This document shows positions 1-13,000 of a DNA stretch of 64,000 nucleotides, one piece after another. Source of the DNA: Raillietiella orientalis (taxonomy: Eukaryota); assembly GCA_036172245.1 (NCBI GenBank), contig JAYWIR010000052.1, positions 496,001-560,000 of the forward strand, given 5' to 3'. The notes under the pieces are model-generated. The model saw nothing but the letters and a program-made list of their open reading frames with translations. It was not told where the DNA came from and made no database searches. Every line of letters begins with the position of its first letter. The first letter of the stretch is position 1. A program made the translations under genes and the position numbers.

Positions 1-1443
1 TTTGCTTCTCCTCCTCCCCCTCCTCCTGCCTTCCCCCCTTCCAGTGGCTTCTGGGACGTCCGAGCCACCCCAGGAGCGTTTCGGGCCCTTAGAGGAGCAA
101 CGGGTAAGGCTTCGTTCTCCTCCTTTCTCAACCTCGGGGGCTTTCCCTTGCGGCTGAGCACGACTCAGGGAGGGCCACCCTTCTGTGCTGCATGCGCGTT
201 TCGCGGCTCCGAAAGGTCACGCGTCTGGTAGGACGCCGCCCGTGCGAAAGAAAAAAAAAGAAGGACGGGGAGAGATGGAGGAGCGTTCTCGGTGGACCAT
301 CATCATCGATCACTGCCAGAAGTCGAGATCGACCAGTACGGGACGCGTGAAAGGAGGATGCATCGTTCCGGAGGGCGAGGCGGGGAGGTCAAGGGAAGAG
401 AGACAGCCTGCCGCATGTGGCGCCACCATGCTCACAAAGCACCCGTGAGGGGGGAGTCAAATGCAAGGGGTGATAGAGGATGAAAGGGCGAAGATCGGAT
501 GCGAGAGGATGCCGGGCAGGGTAGAGAAAAGGCCGAGGAGGCGGCATATGTTCCGATGACCCCTGCGGAGACGAAGAATGGGCCCCCGGAACGGGAAGAG
601 AGAGCTTGCGTTTCCGGATTAGGGATGGCTCGTCGCGTCCCCTCCTCCTCCCTTCTTTGATGTCAGTGGAGCCGGTTGCCAGCACAACGCGACCGGAGGG
701 ATCGTTTCTTCGGAAAGGGGGGGTGGGAGGCAACTCATCGCGGAGTTCTGCTCTTCGCCGAACGGAGGTGTGGGGTGGTCGCTGTTTCCTAAAGGAAGAA
801 CCTCTCTTCTTCTTCCCGGGGTCGCCGTGATCTCCCTTTTCCTCTTCCCGCTTCTCCCTGGATCATGTGATCTTCAGGCGAGTTGACCACGCAGTGGGCA
901 TTGAGGAAAGGGCTTCGTGCCCCTCTGTTTGATCCTAGCTGTTTACAGCGTGAACATCCCTGCGGTTGGGGAGATCCTAGCTCGTGTTTCCCAGGGAGTG
1001 TTGCTGGGGACAACAAAAAAAGAAAAAAAAAATGGGCTGAGGGCACGGAAAGGTGGAGACGTGCCCTGAGAAGAAGTGTGAGGGGCAACGCTTTCTAAGA
1101 CTCTCCGCAGCATGGCGGTTGGTCACGGTCTTTTGGAGATGCCGAGACACAGGGAGATGCAGCAAGGATGTGCTCCGTCCTTGTGCACGGGCGATTCAGG
1201 AGATACGGAGGTGGCGTGTCCTCCTGAGGCCCAGATCCGGCCCCCAGCCCCCTCCTTCATCCCTTTCCCAGTAGGAGAGATTCCCTTCCTTTTCTTTTTC
1301 TTTTTTGTTGTTTCCCAAGTTTTTATCTCGTGTGGGGAAGAAGGGGTAGGGCAATACGCCGACGCAACTTATACGGCTGACGTTCGTTCGAGAGATGCGT
1401 ATGAGCGTTTGCATCACCCGGATCTTAGGATGCATTTTTGTCG

Positions 1444-1490
1444 GTGTGTTTTTTGTGTTGTGTTGTGTTGTTTTGTTTTGTTTTGTTTTT
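1444..1490. repeat. GT-rich pentamer microsatellite (TGTGT/TTTTG units)
   Basis: Seen directly: gtgtgttttttgtgttgtgttgtgttgttttgttttgttttg. Confidence 0.8.
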
Positions 1491-1604
1491 CCTCTCGAAA
1501 AGGGGAGGGGGGGAACGTCGGTTTCCGATTTCTGCCGCCGCCGCAAAGCTCGTGCGCGCGCGCACGGCAAGCATCGGCGGCGCTCGCTGCTGCCCTGGGA
1601 AAAA

Positions 1605-1658
1605 AACACACAAACACAAACACAAACACAGACACACACACACACACACACACACACA
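1605..1658. repeat. Compound (CACAAA)n/(CA)n microsatellite
   Basis: Seen directly: acacacaaacacaaacacaaacacagacacacacacacac... Confidence 0.9.
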
Positions 1659-2603
1659 GTCATTCTCATCTCGCGAGGAAGGATGTACTTTTTATTTACT
1701 TTTTCCGTTTTCGCGATGCGATCTTTTTATTCCTGGAACCCCTCTTCCTCGCTCACGCCTTTGATGGTTTCCCTCGGTAAGATGGCGAAGCAGATTGCAA
1801 ACGCAGGTAATAAGCGGCGGCGGATCCCCCCCTGTTCGGATGCAACACGACACGAACCCGAGCTCGAACAATCAACAGCAAAGAGAAATTTCCCAGCAAA
1901 GACAGCTGATCCTCGGTGTTATTCAAGCTTGTGCCGGGGGTTTGCTTTTTAATCAGGAAAAAAAAAAAAAAAAAAAACGAGAGAGAACAATAAATGTTTT
2001 CGAAAACTGAAGCGTGGTGACTAGATCAACGATCTTAATGACTTTGCCATCAACCTCGTAATGAATTGTCAGTAGCTAAGCCAATCAGCGGGCAGACCAA
2101 CATGCCCTTCGGCGAAAAATCGAATTACTTTTAATTCACAAACATTTGTCAGCTTTTTTCCCATTGGCATAAACAGTGTCAGGTGTTTTCTGTAGTCATG
2201 GAAACCTGGATTTTTAGCGAGGATCGACGCAATTTCATCTAAACGTTCCTCGGTTCCTTTTTAGTACTTTTGCTTCATTGCTTCATTTCCGGTACTTCCG
2301 TTGTTCCGGAAACAAAGAGCGATAGCTATTTCCTTAAAAGTGATTAATTGGTCGAGGTGGGCAAACAATTAATCCGAAGCTTTATTTTGTTTGCTCTTGT
2401 TTTCTTCTTTTCCTCTTCGCTTCTTGCATTTGATCATTTCCTCCGTTGCCTGGAAATTCGGATGATGGATGCCGCTATCTACACGTTATGCAGAAGTGAA
2501 CTTTCGTCCCTGATTGGATGGGAACACTTCTTTCGCTCTTGCGTTTTCGAGACGAGACGTGGGCTTCTATTTCCGCGCCAACTGAAAAAGAAACTGCAAG
2601 ACG

Positions 2604-2712
2604 CAGCAACAGGCAAACAATGGTCGCGCGAGCAACCTAGCAACGGGCAAACAATGGTCGCGCGAGGAACGTAGCAACGGGCAAACAATGGCGGTGCGAG
2701 AAACGCGGCAAC
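2604..2712. repeat. 34-bp minisatellite, 3 copies plus a partial
   Basis: Units start at 2604, 2638 and 2672; consensus TAGCAACGGGCAAACAATGGTCGCGCGAG(C/G/A)AAC(C/G). Confidence 0.9.
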
Positions 2713-5700
2713 AATTCGTAGGCGAGGGGGAGACGGGCTCGATGTTTTCTCAAAATGGGCTCCGAAATTGTAATCTCATCGATAAAAAAGCGTTTAAAAA
2801 CCCATTTACAAAAAAAAAAAAAAAATGTAAAGCTCCAAATCGATAGGGTATGGGGAAGGAAAGAACGATACCCCAGCAATGAGCGTTTCTTTTTTTCCTT
2901 TTTGGCCTTTGCACAGCTGGATCCGGTGCAGCGAACAAAAAAAGGAAGAAGGAGAAGAAAGGAAAAAAAAAAACATTATCCACTTTTTGAAAAAAGTAGA
3001 AAAATCTAGAAGCGAATCCTCATTTCGCGGAGCCTTACGAATCACCTGCTTTATTCAGATTTACGTAACGTTTCATAACCAAATGTTTTCGGGAAATCTC
3101 TTAGATAAAATGAGATGAAATGAGAGGATGAAAATTGTTCTTCTCAACCAAGTTGCTTATTATACAGGGGAAAGGGTCCTCCGGTAATTGGAAAAACTTT
3201 TCCCATTCTAAAAAAAAAAAAACGTACACGGGCGGGATAAATTGAGTTAAAATCATATGAAATTAGATTTTTGGTTGAATTTGAAAACTTGATTGTTTCA
3301 AAGAATTCTTCAAAGAGTGGAGAAACAGTTGCGGAAAATGCAATCACGGCGATGGCATAAATCACGTCAGCTGCACTGGCTGGCCCGTGAGCGCAGCAGC
3401 CTTTCTTCTTCGGTGGAATATCTCGCACGCGGGGCTCCCGGTAGTATGCGCGGCGCACGCCGGATCTGGCGCCCACCGCCGCCGCGTAATTGGGGACAGC
3501 GGAAAAGAAAAAAAACAAAAAATAGAAGCCTGGAGGAGGCGTCCGTGGTGCTCCTTTGGCCTACGGCAGGAGGCGCCACTGCCAGGTTCCAGGATGGGGA
3601 GGAGGTGAAAAGGAAACCGGTCGAGCGTCCTCCTCACGGACTCCCCGTCCGAACTGCTTCGCAGAATCCCCTCCCGGCGGTGCCCGCGAGGGCCTCCTCC
3701 GCGCAGGCTGGTGTCGCGCGCTTCTCCGCGCCACCAGGAAGCACCACGGTTCTGTCCCTCTCCCTCCTCCCCCTGGGCGCTCGCATATGCCTCCAGGAAC
3801 AACCCGAGCCCGGCGGCAATTCGCGTGCTTCCCCTCCCGAACAGGAGCTCTCCCGGCTGGCTCCTCCCGTGACGCTGTCTGTCCCCCTCTCCCTTTCCTC
3901 AGGCACACGCGGCCACACCACGAGTGATCGATCCGCTCTCCCACCACCGTCGTGGGAGCCAGGCGCGCGCGTTTGGCGCATGCCCCTCCCATTCCCTCGG
4001 GCCTTTCGTCGGCCCAAAGACCTGCAGAAGAGAGGGCGGCACCTCGACCCTCCCCCCCCCTCCTGCTCCCAGAAAACGAGGGGGCGAACCCTCCTCCCTG
4101 TTCTTCCCTCCTCGAGCCCCCGGCACCACGGAACGGCAAGCGGAAGTGGAACCGCGCGCTCTCCAAGGAGAGGGTCGCGAATTGGCGTCGCGCGCGGGGT
4201 CCCGTGAAGAGGCTCAACGTCCCCCTGACAGCCCGACTGGAAGGATTTCGGAGACGCATGGAAGAACCTGGGAAGGAGGTCACGGCAGAGAGGCGTCGGA
4301 ATAAGAATCGAAGCTTCTCTCCCCACCCCCTCCCCTCCGCGTACTCCAGATCCTCATTCCCATCGTCGTCATCCGCAGCAGCGGCGACGGAAGGGGGTGG
4401 GGGAGGTGGGAAGCAGGCTGGACGCCACACTTTTTCCCGGCTCCTTCCCGTGCGCAGCCGAGCCACTCCGGAACAAGAGGGGGGGGAAAGAAGCGTCCTG
4501 GGATTTTTATCCCCCACCCTCCTCCTCCTCTTCAGAGAGCGTCCGTCACCCCTGATACCCGTCGTCATCGCTGCTGTCAGGCCGCCGCCGTTCCTCGGCG
4601 CGGAATTTCCGGCCGGCCGGCGACCGCTGGAATTTTCTTTGTTTCGCGGCGGCTCCCCCTCCTCTGCGGCCCTCAGTGCCTTCGGGCCGGACCGCTGTCG
4701 GGGCCCCCGCGTTCCCGGAAGCCCGGAGGACCTCCTCCCGCGCACGGTGCGAGGGATGCGGGGATTCCTCCCCTCCCCCTCCAGGCGGCAGCGCCGTCGC
4801 CCGAGCGAGGGGCCAGCGAGCGCGTGGACTCCTCGATGCGCCGTCCGGGGGAGGAGGCGGGAAGCGGCAGCCTATCCTCCTCCCTGCTGCCAAGAAAGGA
4901 GGTGGGGTGGGACAAAACTCCCGCCCTTCCTCCGTCCTCCGTATCGGCGCGCCCCTCTAGTGGGAGGCGGCGGCGCAGCGCGATTTCCATGTTCCAGACT
5001 CCCAGGAAGAGGAGAAGGGAGGGTGGGAGGTGGGAAGAAAGGTTCCCTTCTCCCTCTCTCTCTCTCCGGGGATGGCACTCCGCCGCCGTGGCGCACGCGA
5101 AGGAGCGAGAGCGGACTGTCCGGGGGAACCGCGGCGTCCCGCCTGAGGGAGCGTTCGGTCGGGCGCGCGCTCGGTGGGCAGATCGGAGGCGACCTTGGGC
5201 GTTCGGGAACCGCCTCGAGGGAGAGTCGGCACACCCGGCTTTCCTTCCTGGACATCAATTCCCCCCTCCCTTCTCCCTTGCTGAGGGCGGAGGCCTTGCG
5301 AAGGTGCTGAGAGAGCACGTCGTTGAGAGCAAAACTCCCCCTCTCCTCCTCCTTCCTGGACTGGCGCACGCACGCGCTGCTACTTCCACCCTTCCCGCCG
5401 CCTTCGCTGTCCCGACTTCTCTCCCTCGCCCCCAGTCTACCCTCGTGTGTCCCCGCGCCAACTCCAGAGGGTGGTCCCAGTGCACGGCGTTTCTTTTCGC
5501 CCCACCGAAGCCGCCAACCCGGGCGGGGAACTGGACGCACCTCGGGGGACAAGGAGCAGGGGGACGAAGGGAGCAGTTCCATCCTCGGAGTTAAGTGCTA
5601 GCGAGCGAACCTCCGCAGGCGGGAGGGCAGCGAGGAGTCCCGTAGCATCGCGTGCGACACAGAGCCGCAGCTGCCCGCGGCCCCACTCAACGAGGCAACA

Positions 5701-7392
5701 GCCCTTCGGTCCAGAAGGGGAGAGGAGGAACGGAGCAGGGCGAGAAACTCCTTGATCTTCCTTCCCCCTCCCCAGCTCCCCTCCATAGCCGCGGACGGCC
5801 CCATTCCTTCTCTCCCCTCGGTCCAGGAGGGGTGCTCGCTCATCCCGCCGCACGGATACCTCGGGCTCTGCGGCCTCTCCCGCCGGGACCGGGAAGAGAG
5901 GGTGGCGCGTCCTCCTCATTCCCGTTCCTCCCCTTTCCAACGTTGCCCGATGATGTGGCCCTTTCTCACGGGTGCTCTGGCCCCGTGTAGCCACCGCGCC
6001 TCCGCCAGTCCCGCATTCCGCGTGGTGCCTCGGGCGAGCAGGAGTCTAGGTATTCCGGAGAGTCCCCATAAGATCAGAAATGGTTCGTCTCCTTGCGTGG
6101 AGAAGGGCAGAAGAGGTGAAGGGCAGCAGCAGCCGCACGTTTCTCCTCCCCCTCTCTTCCTCTCCTCTCCTGCGGGAACCAGCGCGCGCGGCGGGAGCAA
6201 CTCCCGGGGCGCTTCATTTCCATCTCCCAAGTTTCCGCATTCTCCATCGTCTTTCCCGTCGCCGCCATCATCCTTCCCTCTGGAAAGCGGTGGAAGGAGG
6301 GTGTCCCTTCCTTCCTGCTCCCCCCCTCTCCCGTCCCTACTCTCTTTTTTTCTTCTTCCTCTTTTTCCACCTCCTTTTTTTTCTTATCCTCCCTTTTTTT
6401 CCGTCCCACTTCTCCCCTCCTTACGGCCCCGCGATCCCGGAATGGGCAAAGTTAGCCCATTTCTTCCTCGCAGAGCTCCGGGAGAGAGCACGACTTCCCG
6501 GGGAGCTCCCGCCCGATCCGCGGGGGATCCCATCGTCCTGCATCGTGGAGGCGAACGTCCAACTTTTTCCGTCCCCCCCCTTCCCTCCTCCCCCTCTCGC
6601 TCTTTCAGCTCGCTCCTGCTCGCCGCCGAGGGATTCCTTACGCCGCCGCGAGGTGGCGGAGAGGCCGTGCCTGACTGTCTGCTCGGGCTCCGGGAATGCG
6701 CCGTCCCGAAGCTCGCAGAGGCAGCGTGCGAGACGCCTGAGAGGAAGGGAGGCGGCGCACGGAGGGAGGGAGCCGGCGGGACGCCGGAAGGCCTCTCCCG
6801 TTCCTGCTCTCTGCCCCCTACGCCGGGTCGCAACGCGTCCTTCCCCACCCTCCCCTCCCTTCCCGGAGGCAGCAGAACGCTCGTTCGCCCTCACCTGCCT
6901 GCCTGCGTGAGTGCTCCCGGACGCTGGGGCGTTCGTTTTACAAGTGCGTGCCAGGGGATGGGGTGGGGGAGGAAAGCAGACCTTCCCTTCGCCAACCCCC
7001 ACGAAAGGGGGATGCGCCTGAGCCTCGAGGAAAGGGATCTTTCCCCAGGCAGGATATAGTTGGCGGAGAGGCGTCTTCCTCTTCTCTCCCCTCGTTCCTG
7101 GGCTCGATCGTTCCCCGCAGACGGCTTTCTCCTCAGGAGAGAGGGAGGGGGAGGGGAAATCCGGAAGAAGCCGGAGGGAAGGGTGGGCCGGCGAGTGGAG
7201 GGGGGGTTGACGAGCAGCGCGATCCCTGTTGAGGAGGCGCCTCCCAGGCACACGCCAAGGGGGGAGGAGCCGTCCCTACCCTTCTCCCGTCCATCCTCCC
7301 CCCCTTCCCCCTCGAAGGTAGCGGGCACTGTCGAGGGTGGGGTGGGGTCGCTCCTGAGAAGTTCCGGAAAGACTTGCTCCCTGTGCTTTCAG

Positions 7393-7733
7393 AGAAGCTG
7401 GAGCTGGACAGGAGCGCCAAGGTGGACGTCCCGAGCCAGGAGCCTGAGATGAAGGCGCCCTCCGTGGCCACCGCCGCTGTCGCCGTGGGCGCCAACGGTA
7501 AAATAGCGGGCGCCGACCGCAAGCGGTCTCCAGCGAGCGCTAGTGGCACCACCATCGCCCAAGAAGGAACCAACGCTCCTCCTCCTCCTCCCCGGATCCT
7601 TCCTGGCCTCCCTTCCCTCTCCTCCTTCTCGTGTTTTTTATTGTTCTTTTTTTCTTCTCTCCTTCTTTTGATCCTTCCAGACAACCGGATGCTGTTCTAC
7701 AAGAACCCCGTGCTGTACACCTCAGCCACCTAG
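7393..7733 (+). CDS. dac: 3' terminal coding exons of a probable dachshund (Dac/DACH) gene; upstream exons outside the window or not recognised
   Basis: Exon 7393-7497 (tttcAG acceptor, GTaaaa donor) and exon 7681-7733 (long polypyrimidine tract, ttccAG), both phase 1. Spliced: EKLELDRSAKVDVPSQEPEMKAPSVATAAVAVGAN-DNRMLFYKNPVLYTSAT*. The terminal YKNPVLYTSAT resembles, from memory, the short conserved C-terminal motif of arthropod Dachshund (vertebrate DACH1 ends LYLKTTVMY). DD1/DD2 domains are not in the window. Confidence 0.68.
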
Positions 7734-9982
7734 GAAGGACAAGCGCCCCTACCTTTGCCCCCTCCCTGCGACGGGCGGAGCACGGCCCACTGCCGTCAGC
7801 CGCCATTTTTCTCGTCATGTAAATCCAGCTAGTCTGATTGGTGGAGACGGAGCGGATGGAAGACGCACGCGCGCGCGCCTCGCGTGCTTCCTCCCTTCCG
7901 CCTACCCCATCCCCACCCCCTCTAGCCATCCCTACCCTCCTCCTCCTAGGTTCGTTCGTTCCCCCCGTCCTCCCGCCGGCGAAGACCCAGGAAAGGACGC
8001 GCGGCCCTCGAAGGGGTCGCCTCCTCCTCCACTCCTCGCGCGCACTGTCATCCGAAGGGAGAAGAAGAGGAGGACATGAAGACTAAGAAGGAAAAGGCCG
8101 GCTGGGATGCTCTCCGGGCTTGAAGGAGAGGGGGGGAGGAAGCTCGGGAAGAGGCGTCTCCGCCTGCGGGCAGCGCCCCGGCCGAAAACAAACAAACCAC
8201 CGAGACGCGCGCATCCTCTTCCTCCCTCCCACCCACCTTCTCCTCCGCCGCCTCTTCGCCGGCTCCCCTCGACCCCCTCCCTCCCCCTTTCCCCTGCCCC
8301 GGGGCCGCCGAACGTCGTGAACCACGTGATCGTCGAAAACGGGTCCAAGTCAGGAAAAAAATTCCGGTCACGTGCCGCCGCCGCCGCCCCGCCCGGTCTT
8401 GTAGATAACTCGCTGTTCGTGTTCGGTGTCGACACGTGTGCTGCACTACCAGATGGTGGATCGGAGAAATACAGTGTTGCTTTTTTTCTTTTCTTTTCTC
8501 TTTCCCCGTCCCTCCCTCCCCCTCTCCCCACCTTCCATTTCTCTTCTTCCCCACCTCCTTTTCCTCCTTCCCAGCCGAGGTCGGCCACCCCTCTTGGCAG
8601 CGTCGGCACCTGCTCGAGGAGCAGGGAGACGGAAGGAGTGGGTGGACGGGCGAACGCCGCCACCCTCCGAACCCCACCCCCACATCCTAACCTAACTCTC
8701 CCCACCTTCCTCGATTTTCGCCTCTCCCCCTACCCTCGAGGATTCCCTCCTCCGCGGCAAGGGCTGCCCGCCCGCCATACCCGGCGGAAAGGGGGGAGAG
8801 ACTCTCCAGGCTGTGTGTGATCGAGTGAAGGAGGGGGGGACGGGACAGGAAGTCCCCATACCAGGAAGCAGCACCTTCCGCCCTCCTTCCTTTCCAGAAG
8901 GGCAGGGGACGTTCATCCATCCGGAAAAGACCAGGTCGGCCTTTTCCCTTCTCCCGAGTTCCCCTCCTGACGGTCGAAGTTCCTTTGACCCTTCGCGTTG
9001 CTGCGCCTCCAGCCCCTGCAGGCTGGGGGGGCAACCCCAAAGGCGCCGCCCATCCGGCAGGCTTCCTCCCTCCCCCACCCCGGCGACGGTTCTTCGGCGT
9101 CACGAAGAGATGACGGCCGTTCCATGGCTGGTCCGAGCCCGTTCTCTCGACACGTTCGCCCTTGCAGGGAGAGGGTAGACGGCCGGTTGCCCCAGCAACC
9201 ACCACCGGCCCCTCAGGGGACTTGGTCGCTACGCTGCCTCCCTTTCCACCCCTCATCCAGCCCCGAATTTCCACCGCAGAGGGTGGACCCGAGAATGGGG
9301 AGGCCGCCCTACCTCCTCGGTCGGGAATCCCTGAGGCGTTCCGCCCCCTTCCCTTTCGCCTGACCCGTCCATGAGGCGAACTCCCCTCCTTCCCGTGCAA
9401 GGAGCCGGTGTATCGCCCACCCCCTTCCTCTGCCCCTCGCTAGCCCTAGGGAGACCCTCCGACTCCGAAGGGGTCAGGCCAGGCGGTCCCAAGTTGGAGA
9501 GGGTTCGAACGCTCGCACCCCGTGGGACTACGAGAAGGGGAGGGAGTTTCCTCCTGGAACCTGTCGCGATCCTCCAGGCGCATCCTCCGGCTGCAGAGGC
9601 GGTCCCGGACGCTCGGCCCTCCCGATCCGGAAGTCGGCAGATGCGCTACAGATGTTTGGGAGGAGGAGACGCGCTTTCATCCGATTAAAGCGGAGGCTCA
9701 TTCCGTCCCTCGATTCCCTAGGGGTGCAGTTCGAGAGAGTCCACGGCTGCAGCCGAGCGCGCGTGCGCTCGTAAAAGGAGGGGGCAAGGGCGGAAGAGGG
9801 TAGTCGAGTCGCTCCCTCTTTCATTTTGCCATCAGTGAGGTGCGGCGGTCTTCCTAGATCTGCGGAGGGCGCGTCCCTGTGTGCTCCTTTCTTCCTCTTC
9901 TTCCGGGAAAGGCAGCACCCAGGTACCCCGCCTGGAGTCCTGGACGCACCGACGACCGACCGGCTGAGGACGGACAGGCGGG

Positions 9983-10001
9983 GCGCGCGCGCGCGCGCGC
10001 G
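9983..10001. repeat. (GC)9 alternating purine-pyrimidine tract
   Basis: Seen directly: gcgcgcgcgcgcgcgcgcg. Confidence 0.85.
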
Positions 10002-13000
10002 AAAGACCGCCAGCAGCGGCGGCGCGGACATGTCCGCCTCTTCAGCGGCCGTTGTCTTCGGGCGGCTCGCGGGCAGGCAGGGAGGGGAGCTCGGCCCGCG
10101 TCCTCCCGCGAAGGTAGCGGCGGCGAGAGAGTTTGGCTGGCAGGGGGAGGGCGCAGACCCTCCTCCTCCTCCTCTTTCTCCCCTTCCCTTCCATTCCATT
10201 CCCAGGGCACGCCGGGAAGTAGGAGGGGAGTTCTGCCTGCCTCTCTTTCGCTCCCGGACCTTCCGGGACGAATCCCTCCCATGCCCTCAGTTAGACTCGC
10301 CCTCGATATCGCGGGAGCCGACGACACGACGCGTCCCTGCCGCGCGCCAGAGTCCCTTTCCGCTTTCCCGAGGGGAGGAGGACTTCTCCTTCCTCCTTTA
10401 GGTTTGGCCGCCCGAGCCAACAGCGTGTCGAAGGGGAGTCACGGGAAGGGGCCGTTCCTCCCTCCCCCCCTCCCCAAACACCGAGCTGCACCCCGGCTGG
10501 CGTCTCGGCAGGGCCGCGTGAGTCCGGAAGAAACCCGCATGAAGTCCCGGAAGACTTTGGGACGAGGGCCGACCTTCCGCTCCGGGGAACGAGTGGGCGA
10601 GAAATGGAGGGGAATGGCGGCGGCGCCCGCACATTCGTCGAGGATGGTCAGCCGGACCGCAGCCTCCATCGCGCGCGCTCTTTCTGACCGGTGATGGGAG
10701 GGTCCGTTTTCCACTGTCTCCCTGGCCGCGGCCATCCGTCCTGGAAAGCTCCTCCGCTGCATTTTCTCCGCCGAACCCCACTCTTCGGGCTGGTACGGCC
10801 CATGCCTCCTCCTCCCTGTGGGAGGCGAAGAGTGCCCTCGGAGAGCGGTGCTGCGACCCGCTTCACTCGTGCCCGGAGGCTTCACCCTGAGGACCTCTCG
10901 ACGCTCACCTTCCGGCGCCACTCGATCACTTTCTCTTCCCCCCCCCTCCCCCGTCTCATCCGCGCCCAGGGGGCGCGACCCCGGAAAGGTCCTTGCTCTT
11001 GTCCGCCGTGTCCTCCTTGGAAGTTTCTCTCCTCCCCCCCCCCCCTCCTCTTGAACTCAGGAGCAGCGGACGCGGCGATTCAGCTTCTGGATTCTTCCCT
11101 GGCTTGAGAGTCCGCCCTTCCATCCACGGCGAGCCGGTTCTCCCGTCTCACCTCCCCGCTGCTCTCCATGGAGCGGGAATCGACGTCCTGGGGAACGAGG
11201 AGGAGCCCACCAGCCGCTTCCCAGTGGCTGCTGCAGTCCATTTCTGGAAGCGAATCCACCTCTTCGGCGCTGGACACCGGTCCGGTCGGCAGAGAAGAAG
11301 GGGAGGAGGGACTGCCGGGTCGCCTTCCCTCGCGTTGCAGCGGACTGCTGCGGTGGGATCGGTTTCAGCGGGGCGAGCGGAAGGGCAGAGAGGGAGGAAA
11401 AGCAGGAAGCGAGCAGCAGCGCCAACAATGGACGAGGATCTTTCCCATTGTTGCTGGGAAAGATCGCGAAAAATTGCCCCGCGAGCGTGGCCAACAATTG
11501 CCGACGCGAGCAGCTCAGCTCCTCCGCCGGAGTCCTCGCTGCTGATTTGGGGCGCGCGCGTCCGGGAAGTCGTCCGTCCCCCCCGGGGGATTGCCCGACG
11601 GAGCGGTCACCCGGGTGCGGTGAGCGCTGGGAAACCACGGGTTCGAAGAGCACCTGCTCGTGGAAGTTCCGAAGGATTCTGTTTTTTTTTTTTTTTTTTT
11701 TTTTTCTTCCTTTTTTTGCCTCCCCCTGAAGTCCAAGCAGGGTGGACCCCCGGGCGGAAGGCTGAGATCGAACAAACGTCCTTGAGGGCAGGAGGAAAAC
11801 GAGCGTTCGAGTGGCGGACCCCCTCCACCCCACCCGTCTTCCTCCTTCATCCGTCCGCGCGAGGAAGGACAGCCGCCCCCGTTGCGTTCTCTCGGACCTT
11901 AGACGTCTGAGCGGGCGTGGACCCCGGAACGATACCGCAGCGGTTTGGGGATGGGGGGGGGGGGGGGAGAGAAGAGTGCTGTGGCAACGAATTTGGGAGG
12001 CGCGGCATTCCTCGGGCTGCCAGCAATTACGGCAGCAGCGGCAGATGCGAGCGGGGATGCCTCGTCGTTAACGGACCGTTTCCACTGGCACCGGAGCAGA
12101 GAAATCTCCATTTTTCCTCTCTGGTTGGCCGAAACGGTAACCAAGAAACGGCGCGTTCCCGAATGGAGGGGAAGTGCGAGGAAGGAGACCGACTCTTTCT
12201 GCGCCCCCCCCCCCCCTGGGGGAATCTCTCATTCCAGCAAGCGAGGGAGGGGACCCCACCAGGCCAGGACGTTGGGGAGGCACCTGGAGAGACGCGTGAA
12301 GGAGGGAATGCAGACGGAAGAGAGATTGGTTGCTCTCTCTCGCTTGCATCCAGCGCCAGCTCCTTCTCCCCATCCGGCAGATCTACCGCTTTCGGCGGCG
12401 GCGATTTTGCGCGCCCGCAGAGCAGCCAGCCCCACCGCAGCGAGACTCTTCCTCCGTTCCCTGGCAACGGCGCACCGCGAAGAAGGGTTTCACGATCCCC
12501 GCTTTTCGCTTTCGCTTTCGTTTAACGCGCGCGCGCGCGGGGGGGGGGGAGGGCCGTTTCAAAAAGAGGTCCCCGAGGCGATGCCGTCCGCTCCGCCGGG
12601 AAGTGGCGCGCGCATTCCGGCGGCATCCCAGCAACGCCGTCATTACGGGAGAGATGAAATTTTCAACATGTCGGAAAGAAGAGGCGGAAGGCACACCCTG
12701 TCTGCCTGCCCCCTCCCTTCCTCCCTCCCCTCGTCCACACGTCCTCTGTGCTGCAGGGATGGGGCGGCAGAAAGAGCCCCGGCCGACTCAACAGCGGAAG
12801 TGCAGGGTGCAGCTCTAGGGTGGGCAGGGAGCGAGGACCCGGGGGAACCCTCAGGGAACGTCGGCGTCCATCCGTCTCCCGGCGCGCGTCCATCACGAGC
12901 GTTCCCAGCGATGAGGAGGAAAACAATCATTTGCCTGTCTTTGCTTTTCGGCGAAGCTGCCAATTTGGGGTAATAACAGGGGCGAAGGAAGAGGGGGGGG

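Noticed and set aside
2604..2712. CRISPR-like array
   Set aside because: Head-to-tail repeats with no unique spacers, eukaryotic context, no cas genes.
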